DNA of 44,711 nt from Craspedostauros australis. Its lineage: Eukaryota. The DNA is taken from contig JALAGF010004961.1 of NCBI GenBank assembly GCA_030167865.1, positions 62,001-106,711 of the forward strand, given 5' to 3'. This document shows, in pieces, positions 30,682-39,584 of this stretch (the stretch's first letter is position 1; each line of letters starts with the position of its first letter). The position numbers and the translations under genes were made by a program. The notes beneath the pieces were generated by a model. That model was not told the DNA's origin. It searched no databases and saw only the letters and a program-made list of their open reading frames with translations.

Positions 30682-32229
30682 ATGATGAAGACAGCAACGG
30701 CGCAGACGGCAACCATGCCATCAACGATGCTCTGCGTCGCGGCACTGCTCCTTCTGACTGCGCACAATCACAATGCTGCAGATGGCTTTCAGATCACCAC
30801 AACAACAATCATGTCCGGGCGATCGTCGGTCGCATTGCAACAGCCACGCAGACGCAGCACGACTGCCGTGTGGTCTTCGGTCGGTGGCGGTGGAGAGGAT
30901 GATCGACGAAGAAGCAATGGTGGCGACGGCGATGACGAGCTGGGTGGATTCCTCGCTCCCAACGAGGAGTCGGAGAATCTGCTCAAGGCCCGCGAGTACA
31001 TGAGCGAAACGAGCTTGCCGCTGTCCTACGATGCTGATGAGGACGATGTGCAAGCCAACGGTGTCGCTGATGGCAGTAACAAGATCAGCGATGAGGATGA
31101 GAACGACGCCACCAGTGTCGAAGCGGATGCTGACGATGTTGACATTCTGGACATGGACGACGAACCTGTCTCCGATGCAGTTGCTCCACGATCCGCCAAC
31201 GGCAACCCCAATGGATCCATGGTCTACAGCGGCAACACGAATACCAACAACGCAGCCACCAAGTCCGCGCTGTTCGGCCAGAGCGACATCCCCAACGACG
31301 TCCTGGCCAAGAACCCCTACATGCAGGTGGTCTCCAAACTCACACCCTCGGAACTCATCTCCAGATTCACGGCGACCTCGCATCCGCGCGTGCAGGAGGC
31401 GGTCCGCACCACCATCCTGGGCCTCATCGGAAATCTGCCCAAGATGGCATTCGACACCACCACGATAACCACAGGACAGCACCTGGCATCCCTCATGTTC
31501 CAATTGCAGATGACGGGTTACATGTTCAAGAACGCAGAGTACCGTCTCAGCCTCACGCAATCTCTCGGCATGTCACCATCGGAATTCCAATCCTCACAGG
31601 CTTCTCCGCTGCTGCTCACGGGCGATCCTGCGGCTTCCTCGGATGGTGACGACGATGATGAAGATGAGGATCCTCTGGTATCCGGCAAGGTCCGCGGCAA
31701 GCTCAAGGTCCGCTACGGCAACAATGCGCAAGCGCCCGTCAACAACAGCAACGACGACGACGACGAGACATCGAAAACGACACAGCCCAACGGTGTGGAG
31801 ATGGAAGTCGACGCTGCCGCCTACATGTCGGAACTGCGCGCCGAGGTTTCCAGACTGAAGGATGAGCTATCCACGACGCGCAAGGCGAAGGAGGAGGCCT
31901 TGCGCAAGGACCTGCTGTTCTACATCCGCACCTTGCCCAAGAAGGAGCTGCAATCGCTGACCAACACCATGAGTCCCGATGTGCTCGTCGGCATGAAGGG
32001 CCTCGTGCAGGTCGTCCTCAAGGGCATCGGCGACGGCAAGCTGGGACCCGACACCGTCACGGAGCAGTCCAGCGAGGCCATGGCGCAGCTCTGCATGTGG
32101 CAGCTCGTGCTGGGATACAACCTCAGGGAGCTCGAGGTACGGGAGCAGATGAAGAAGAGCCTCAGCGCCATCGCGAGCAGCGATTCGGAAGGCGGGGTGG
32201 ATATCGACGAACCCGGGACGCTGGAGTAG
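30682..32229 (+). CDS. Plastid-targeted DUF760 family protein, ~515 aa (alternative start 30715)
   Basis: Signal peptide MLCVAALLLLTAHNHNAADG|F followed by a T/S/R-rich transit peptide (bipartite, Phe at +1). Two DUF760-like helical motifs: LASLMFQLQMTGYMFKNAEYRLSL and MAQLCMWQLVLGYNLRELEVRE. Also NPYMQVVSKLTP and DLLFYIRTLP. Confidence 0.85.
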   Translation: MMKTATAQTATMPSTMLCVAALLLLTAHNHNAADGFQITTTTIMSGRSSVALQQPRRRSTTAVWSSVGGGGEDDRRRSNGGDGDDELGGFLAPNEESENLLKAREYMSETSLPLSYDADEDDVQANGVADGSNKISDEDENDATSVEADADDVDILDMDDEPVSDAVAPRSANGNPNGSMVYSGNTNTNNAATKSALFGQSDIPNDVLAKNPYMQVVSKLTPSELISRFTATSHPRVQEAVRTTILGLIGNLPKMAFDTTTITTGQHLASLMFQLQMTGYMFKNAEYRLSLTQSLGMSPSEFQSSQASPLLLTGDPAASSDGDDDDEDEDPLVSGKVRGKLKVRYGNNAQAPVNNSNDDDDETSKTTQPNGVEMEVDAAAYMSELRAEVSRLKDELSTTRKAKEEALRKDLLFYIRTLPKKELQSLTNTMSPDVLVGMKGLVQVVLKGIGDGKLGPDTVTEQSSEAMAQLCMWQLVLGYNLRELEVREQMKKSLSAIASSDSEGGVDIDEPGTLE

Positions 32230-32706
32230 CCCGTCTTCGTGTGTGATGTTCAGTGCCCGTATCAATGCTCGCAGAAGAAGAAGAAGAAACATCCAATTCC
32301 ATTTGATCTCCTCTCTAGATTAAAGCAGTGATATTTGTGGAAGACAAGCAGATTGCATGGTATTGTATGTAAACCGCTCCTTGTCGCTTGCAGTGGTGCG
32401 CGCGGTTGGGTGTTGGTCTATTTGTGCCAGAGGCTCTGCCGTCCCAAATTTGCGTTTGTTGGAATGCTCATGCTTTCGTATGGTACGAGTAGAGCGCCTG
32501 AGCAGGTACAGGTATGAAGGTCGTTGCTTTACGCCATGAATGTTATTATACAACGTATTAGTATAATACTCTAGTCGTGAACATAATACTCGCGGGTGCA
32601 TCATACTCCAGAGGATTAGAAATGTACGAACGTACCAGGTGGTGCATACGGTTGGTCATGTCCATGTATGGTATTATATGATTGTCGTGCCGTGTGTGTT
32701 CCATGT

Positions 32707-34422
32707 TCATACCCTGCAGATCGTATGCAAGGATCCCGTCTGGACACTCGATAGGACAGCGCAACCATTCATGCTGCTGCTGCCGTTGCTGTTACTGTTG
32801 TTGGTGGCTGTCCCACATTGAGAGCACTCCGCGCAATGTATCACATTCCAATGCAACTCGGCGTGCTCCTTGCAACAGTAGCTCACCTGATTGCAGCAGG
32901 AGGATGTTAACCGGGATGGATTGCCGCAGAACGCGCATCCATCGCATGGTGCTTGTGAAGGCGACTGGCCGGTGGATGTAGCGTAGGTCTCAGTCTTGGC
33001 GTTGTTGTTGTTGTTGGGATGACTGCGACTATTGTCACAGCCTTCGTCATCTTGCTTGCCGTCGGCGTCAACATCGTTAGCATCATCGTAAGTGCCATTT
33101 TCATGACTGCAGCCTTCGTCGGAAGTTGTCTTACCTGCGCGAAGCGATTGCACTTCCAGCAGCTTGTTCATGGCGCACTTGGAGTACGGATCGCTCTTGC
33201 CACCGCGCAGGAATTGGAGCGTCCGTACGCTCTTTTGGTAGGCTTCTTCCGCCTTTCGTAGGTTGACGTTGGAGAGCATGTCACCGAGCAGTTCGTACGT
33301 GAATGCCGTCGTAATGCTCTCCCCGTGCGGGCCCAGGATGGCATCGCGGCATTCCAGCTGCCTCCTGTAGGAGTCGGCTGCGGAACGGAACTTGCCTTGG
33401 TGCGAGTAGATCTCGGCCTGCAGCAGGAAGCATCGTTCTGCGAGAGCGTGAAGCTCGTGGGGCGGCTTGAGAGTCATGATCCGCTGTGACGCTTCCTGGC
33501 AACGCTTCTCGGTCGACATCGCTTCCAGCTTGGTGATCTCGGAGTCGAGCTCTGATTCGAACTTGAGCATGTCCTTGAGATATTCGGGGGTGGCGTTGCT
33601 TCTGCACTCGGTGCATGGCAGAAACCTTGGTTCCGTGTCCATCATTGGCTGATCCAGAAAGTGGGCGCCACGACAACCATGCCGCATGCACTTGAACCTC
33701 CTGGTGTCGTCGCCCTTGGACGTGCTGCATCTTGGACAGTCGCAGATGAAGCCCTTGTACTTGCGCAAGTCGTCGCGCCGCTGGGTGATCGGCTCGAGCT
33801 CGTTGTTCATGTAGTTGAGGGTGAGCTCCTCGTTTGCCTCGATGGAGGAGATGGCACGCACGATCTTCTGCTTCCCATCGCTGGATGTGTACCACGAACA
33901 GTTCGGCGTACAGGAATGGTTGATCTTGCACGCAATCTCGAAGAGGCCGCTGCCACAATCAACGATCTGGCCAGCCCCGTCAGCATTTGGCGGCTGCAAC
34001 TCGACGGCGTTGTATCGGATGACCATCGCGAAGTCCACGAACTCGGCCTTGTGATCGAGGATGCCACCATCGAAGTCGTCGTCGCATATCTTCTCCTCCT
34101 CCTTGTGAATCTCCTTGTCTCGCAGGTACTTCGTGAGGCACACCGCGTGTGGACAGGTCATGTCTCGGTAGAGATCCAGCGCCTTGGCCTTGACGGAGTC
34201 GCTTTGCTGACAGAATGCCCACCAATCCGTCCACATCTGTGGATCGAACTTGGAGAGGATGGCAGGGAGGGGGCCGGATAGATCCTCGGGACTTCCTCTC
34301 GTGGGCATAACGAATAGAGCCTCTTCTCGGAAGAGCTCGAAGCCCAGCGGGCCCGGGTCGATCTTGGCCGTCGCCTTGATGGCTCTGCCCTTGTCCTCGG
34401 TTTGAACAACTGTGTACAGCAT
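32707..34422 (-). CDS. SET-domain protein lysine methyltransferase (SMYD-like) with post-SET Cys cluster, TPR-like helices and a C-terminal MYND-type zinc finger, 571 aa
   Basis: KGRAIKA, INHSCTPN, EELTLNY and post-SET GFICDCPRC. TPR-like QAEIYSHQGKFRSAADSYRRQLE. C-terminal CAFCG...CCNQVSYCCKEHAELHW..H...C. Confidence 0.88.
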   Translation of the reverse strand: MLYTVVQTEDKGRAIKATAKIDPGPLGFELFREEALFVMPTRGSPEDLSGPLPAILSKFDPQMWTDWWAFCQQSDSVKAKALDLYRDMTCPHAVCLTKYLRDKEIHKEEEKICDDDFDGGILDHKAEFVDFAMVIRYNAVELQPPNADGAGQIVDCGSGLFEIACKINHSCTPNCSWYTSSDGKQKIVRAISSIEANEELTLNYMNNELEPITQRRDDLRKYKGFICDCPRCSTSKGDDTRRFKCMRHGCRGAHFLDQPMMDTEPRFLPCTECRSNATPEYLKDMLKFESELDSEITKLEAMSTEKRCQEASQRIMTLKPPHELHALAERCFLLQAEIYSHQGKFRSAADSYRRQLECRDAILGPHGESITTAFTYELLGDMLSNVNLRKAEEAYQKSVRTLQFLRGGKSDPYSKCAMNKLLEVQSLRAGKTTSDEGCSHENGTYDDANDVDADGKQDDEGCDNSRSHPNNNNNAKTETYATSTGQSPSQAPCDGCAFCGNPSRLTSSCCNQVSYCCKEHAELHWNVIHCAECSQCGTATNNSNSNGSSSMNGCAVLSSVQTGSLHTICRV

Positions 34423-36146
34423 GGCTGTGGGTGTGGCTGTGGCTGTCGACGCGCTTGGCGAGTTGGTTGAATTATGAGCATTGACTGCGGAATGCTCGCT
34501 AATGATGAGCTACGTGCTCACGGATGATGGAGTGTTCGTCGAGGAAAAAGATAGATTGAGTCTGGCTGCACTTTCTCAATGGCAGCCATTTCCCCTCGCC
34601 AATCCAGAGAAGAAAAACGTATCCACCAATCTTTCCCAGAAAGGTCGTTGTGACCCTCTTTCCTGTTTTGATTTGAGCTGACGATCACAGATGCGCAATG
34701 GCGCGAAGTGCTGCGTGTCTCTGGTGCGGTACTCGTGCACACATCACACAAAATAGGAAGAGGCGGAGACGCAGATCGATGATGTCCCTCGCGGAGGAGT
34801 ATCTATTCTCCGGTGGCTTGTGACATGCTCGACGCACAAGCCAAATCGACACTTAATGATCGACCACGACAGGCTGTTGGGATTTTCCGTGCTCACGATT
34901 GGCCAGCGATCACGGTTGCTTCCTTCCTTCTGTGGTGTTCCTCTTTGTGTCTCTCTACATACCGACACGATCTGTTCGTGGAGGGATGCCGCCTCTCTCA
35001 CTTTTGTTGGAACTCACGTTTTGCGTGTCTTTGCTGTTGTTCTTCAGTGTCGTCGTCGTGCCTGTGGATGCTCCAACTCCTTTGGCTAGCATCGTTGCAT
35101 GTGCAGGTCCTCCAATCACTATCGCAATCACCGTGGATATCGTGATCAATGTTGTCGCTGGCGTCTCTCTGGTAGGGTCTTTCCCTTCATCTTCCTGTTT
35201 AGGGCGACATGCAGGAACACAAACGGTGGCGCGGGCAGCTGGCAGATGTGGGAGACATGATGGGCACAAGAAGAGAGGAGGGCGACCACGGAGAAGGCAA
35301 CAACCGCAACAGTGATGGATCGCGAATGCCATCATCGGTCTTTCTCAATCGAGGTCGTTTTTTGATTCGGTGATTGTTGGGTCATTTTGTGAGGACAAAT
35401 GGTACTCAGATAGACCTTGTTTGCATTCTCTCATTTCGGAGAGTCTGTCCTTCGTACGATTTCTTGTCGGATGGATCAATCGAAAGATCGAACAAGAACA
35501 GCGAAACGAAATTTGCGCTTGTGTTTGACCGCTGTGGGTTTCGTTGCTGCCGTCACCACCATCAGCGCCTCGTGTTGGCGGCAGCAATGGCATGCGGACG
35601 GCAACACATCATCCACAGAGGCGACCTTTTGCCAACGCTCCCTTTGCTTTCACTGTCGCCATCACCCTTGTGCATACAATCGACCCCCCTTGGCTGTGTG
35701 AGTTGCTTGATGTTGAGTGATGGGTGTTGCATGATCACGGAGTGCTTGGCATACGTGGAGGGAGGCCATGCGGCCTTCATTCCGATGTGTCGCCAAACTC
35801 AATCTTCGCATGACAGATCGCGCTCACAGAATTGCGCTTGTTGCACACTTGCATCCATTTCCTATCACTCTTTTGACACTCTCTCCGCAATGAACTCAAC
35901 TTGACTCTTCACGATCTTTGAATCTTAACTTTCCCCATACATCCATCTACACTAATGCTGCGGGACTTCGGATGATATGCAATAACTTTCGTTCGAATCT
36001 GAACAACTGGATGCGAAATAACCAACACGAACTACGTACACACATACCGACCGAATGGATGAATGAACCAACCAACCAACCAACAAACAATGCAATACAC
36101 ATACAGACTACCAACCCACTTTATCACCTTCACAATTCCATCCATC

Positions 36147-36515
36147 ATGTTTTCCGCAGGACGTGTCTTCGCCTCCCGTGTGGCCACACGAGTCGCCACC
36201 AGCAATACCGCCCTCTCGGCACTCCGAACGCAGACAGGCGTCCGAACCTTCGCTGCTCAGACCTTCTTGGATTCCGGTGAGGTCACTGACAGAATCATGA
36301 CGGTCCTCAAGAACTTCGATCAGGTGAATACCGGAGACGTCAAGGACAACATCAAGTTCGTGGACGATTTGGGCTTGGACTCCCTGGATGTTGTCGAGGT
36401 CGTCATGGCCATTGAGGATGAATTCGCTATTGAGATCCCAGACGCCGAGGCCGACAAGATCCACTCCATCCCAGAGGCCGTGGAATACATCACTTCGCAC
36501 CCAATGGCCAAGTAA
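36147..36515 (+). CDS. Mitochondrial acyl carrier protein (ACPM/NDUFAB1-like), 122 aa
   Basis: R/A/T-rich presequence [17 protein letters not shown]..., phosphopantetheine site [24 protein letters not shown] and C-terminal HPMAK. Confidence 0.93.
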   Translation: MFSAGRVFASRVATRVATSNTALSALRTQTGVRTFAAQTFLDSGEVTDRIMTVLKNFDQVNTGDVKDNIKFVDDLGLDSLDVVEVVMAIEDEFAIEIPDAEADKIHSIPEAVEYITSHPMAK

Positions 36516-37070
36516 GGATCCATGCCTGCATGCACGCATGTTCGCCCGCATGGATGGATGCATGCATGTAATGGTGCTGGACTCCACCACTATAAAGAAC
36601 ACTATATTGCATGGCAAAGGCAGCACCACATGATGACAGAATTGACAACCAATAACAGGGGAGACGAATGAATCATGACGAGGAGGAAAATGATGCCGAG
36701 GTGGATACTAATATTAGTGCAGTATCATTTCACATCAAGGATGCATCTCATTCGAGCACAAGCGATGGTTCGGTGCGATACTCTCTCCGGCTTGTCGTGT
36801 TGATCCATACTCGTACATTCCCAAGTCGTGTGGCTCACGGCACGTCAGATGAGTTTGTGAGACGATCTGTCCTCATGTTCATTTTTGAGCATTGGGATCA
36901 GTCATCTACCATTGTGTTCCTCCACTTGTGCACGACAGCACAAACTCATGTGTTGAGATTGCTACACAACGCTCCGCGTGACGGTATGCTACTGAATAGT
37001 AGAGCACTATTACATTGGATTCGATAATATTGCCGAAGGATCGTCCGACTCGCACAAAGACTGCGACGCA

Positions 37071-38828
37071 CTACCGACGTCCGAAGGTCAAGGACTCCAA
37101 CCACCGGAACATGGTGAGCACACCACCGACGGTGGCCAAGAGTCGCACGAGAAGATGCGTGAGCGGCACGTACTCGCGCGAGATCTCGACGCTGAAGGGG
37201 TAGATTTCGTAAATGAAGAAGACGCCAGGCAGCACGGAGTTCTGGACCCTGTGGTGCTCGTGATTGTTGTGGCCGCCGGCGTGACCCGCATGCGCAGCGG
37301 CCTTCCTCTTGTTGGGTTCTCGGTAATGATCGTTGCCCAGCAGGTCCGTCATGAGCGGGCGGTAGCGTTCCGTGAAGAAGTACCGGTTGGTCTCCACGGT
37401 GGGCTGGTCCCGCACGATCTCATATCCCTCCTCGAAGAGGCTCGGCAGCGAGTCGGGGTCAACCTTGAGCTTTGGGAAGGCGTCGCGTCCGACGTAGGCG
37501 GTTGGCACCACCTTGATGAAGTACTGGAAGAGGCCGGTGGTCCCGGATGAGTCCGTGACGATCTTGGTGACGCCGTTGAGAGGCTCGTTGCCCTCCTCCG
37601 GACCGAACGCCAGGTAATGGATGATGTGCGAGGCGTTGAAGTTGTGCGCATCCTCCGGCAGGAAGGTGTGGATGTGACGGCCGTCACGCTCGATTCCCTC
37701 TCCCATGGCGATGTGGAAGTTGCCGCTGACTCTGTTGACGGTCATGAAACCGCTGAGGTTGCATCCCTGACCCTTGGTCATGCGCTTGGGTTCCTCGTGG
37801 TCGCGTCCCTCGCGGACGCACTGCTCCGCCGTGAACTTGAGAAGGTCGGTCTTCCAACGCTTTCCCTTGTAGGCCTCGATGACATCGTCGCAGGTCTGGC
37901 AACAGTCGCCATCGTTGAGCTGCGCACCGTAGCAGGGACCGCAGTAGTTGTCGGGCAGACCGACCTTGAGCAGCTGCTGCTTCTTGACCTGCTGATCCTT
38001 GTGGAAGTTGGTGTCCACCTTGATCTCCTCGGCCGAGTAGGACGTGCCATCAAGGTGCAACCGCTTCTTGACGAGCGTGTCCTCGATGTCCAGCTGGGAG
38101 TCTCCGGCGACGTCGATGGCATCGAGGTGCAGATCCTCACACGCAAGCGCAGGGAACGTGATGTTGAGGTTGACGCGCATGCGGCGTCCGATGGTGGTGT
38201 CCACCGATATGTGCTCCACCTCGGCGCCGTTCTGCGACATCCAGGTCACGGTCTCCGCCAGCACCAGGACGGCTATCAGGACGCACGCCGAGATGGTGAA
38301 GATGCCGTTGGCCTTCGGCCTCTCCGAGAACTCCTTGTCCACCTTGGGGAACATGAAGTCCATCCGCTTGACCATGCTTTTGGAAGGCGTCCTGGCCTGG
38401 AAAGCCGAAGCTGAGGACGAGCCACCGTACGGGGATTGCACTCCGGGTGCCTGCCGTCTCCTCAGCCCGACGCCTGGCTTGCCGCCTCCGTTGGCGGTGC
38501 TGCCCCGCAACTGCGCCGGAGAGTAGATGTTGGGGTAAGGAGATGCCGGGGATGCGGCAGCAGACGGGGCCGCCGCGGCTGATCCGCCATACGCGGCCTG
38601 CGCGTTGTAGGTGCCACCGTAGTTGCCATAGCTGCCGTTGGCATACGCTGATGATGCCGCCCGCGTCGGAGTGACCGCGGCAGAGGTGTACGCGGAGGAC
38701 GCCGGAGTGGCTCCGTTGGTCGGAGCTGCGCTCATGGCAGCGTTCGAGGCATACCCGGCGTACGAGTAGCCCTGCTGCTGCCCCTCTTTCTTCGTCGGTG
38801 TGGCTGACATCGCTGACATCGCTGACAT
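37071..38828 (-). CDS. ER-Golgi intermediate compartment protein (ERGIC3/Erv46-like), 585 aa
   Basis: DFMFPKV, first TM, NLNITFPALACEDLHLDAIDVAG, YCGPCYGA...CCQTCDDV, EQCVREG, GCNLSG, VSGNFHIA, FNASHIIHYLAFG, FQYFIKVVPT, LPGVFFIYEIYP and second TM RLLATVGGV. Confidence 0.93.
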   Translation of the reverse strand: MSAMSAMSATPTKKEGQQQGYSYAGYASNAAMSAAPTNGATPASSAYTSAAVTPTRAASSAYANGSYGNYGGTYNAQAAYGGSAAAAPSAAASPASPYPNIYSPAQLRGSTANGGGKPGVGLRRRQAPGVQSPYGGSSSASAFQARTPSKSMVKRMDFMFPKVDKEFSERPKANGIFTISACVLIAVLVLAETVTWMSQNGAEVEHISVDTTIGRRMRVNLNITFPALACEDLHLDAIDVAGDSQLDIEDTLVKKRLHLDGTSYSAEEIKVDTNFHKDQQVKKQQLLKVGLPDNYCGPCYGAQLNDGDCCQTCDDVIEAYKGKRWKTDLLKFTAEQCVREGRDHEEPKRMTKGQGCNLSGFMTVNRVSGNFHIAMGEGIERDGRHIHTFLPEDAHNFNASHIIHYLAFGPEEGNEPLNGVTKIVTDSSGTTGLFQYFIKVVPTAYVGRDAFPKLKVDPDSLPSLFEEGYEIVRDQPTVETNRYFFTERYRPLMTDLLGNDHYREPNKRKAAAHAGHAGGHNNHEHHRVQNSVLPGVFFIYEIYPFSVEISREYVPLTHLLVRLLATVGGVLTMFRWLESLTFGRR

Positions 38829-39584
38829 GGCACAAGTGACGACGACTTCAACACGATCAGCTGATCCTGCCCTGCTCCACTCTGCAGTATTCCTGGCGTG
38901 CCTTCGTCGTGCGAATGGTTGTGATACGGTTGGAGCGCCCTGCGATACTTTACTCTACTCTGCGAGGCAGTTGACTGGAGGACGAACTGCTCTGTGATCG
39001 GTCTCTTGGTCATCTGCTGAGATTGGCGCGAAGCGAGGAGTGGTTGGGTGGCATTGCTCCTTGTGTTGGCCTAAACCTCGCGCCAGCAACAAAACACAAG
39101 GCGAAACCAACGCCGAATCTCATCGGGTTGCGCCTGTCACTGCTCAACGGATCGATTACTCAATCAGGCTGCGTATTGGTGTCGCTGCGACGCAGATGTG
39201 ACATTATCACAAAAGTCTACAATGGTCAACTTAGGGAGTTTCGCGGCGAGGCACCCAGATCTCAGATGATCTCTCCAGATACAGCAATACTGACAGGCAA
39301 AGAGGATACGAAGAAGAGGGGTGAACGTGGGATTGCAGCCTGACCTGTACTTTGCGAGGCTACATTCTGCTAGGAATAGTGTGGTGTTCTTGCGGGGGGC
39401 AGGACGTAGACACATACTCCACACCTGCACATACGTTGATACTTGCGCTTTCGGACAGCAGTGGTTGGCTGACCTTCCGAGTGTCAATTGGTAATATATT
39501 CGATTGATTTACTCTGCAATTGCTTTTTCTTGCTCTTCAGAAACAGGGACGACGATGAACATCGACATCGAATGCGGAGATTAT

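Noticed and set aside
3357-36515. Condensation-like acyltransferase plus ACP as a biosynthetic gene cluster
   Set aside because: They are >30 kb apart with unrelated genes between them. The ACP is a standard mitochondrial ACP, and no adenylation or ketosynthase gene is present.
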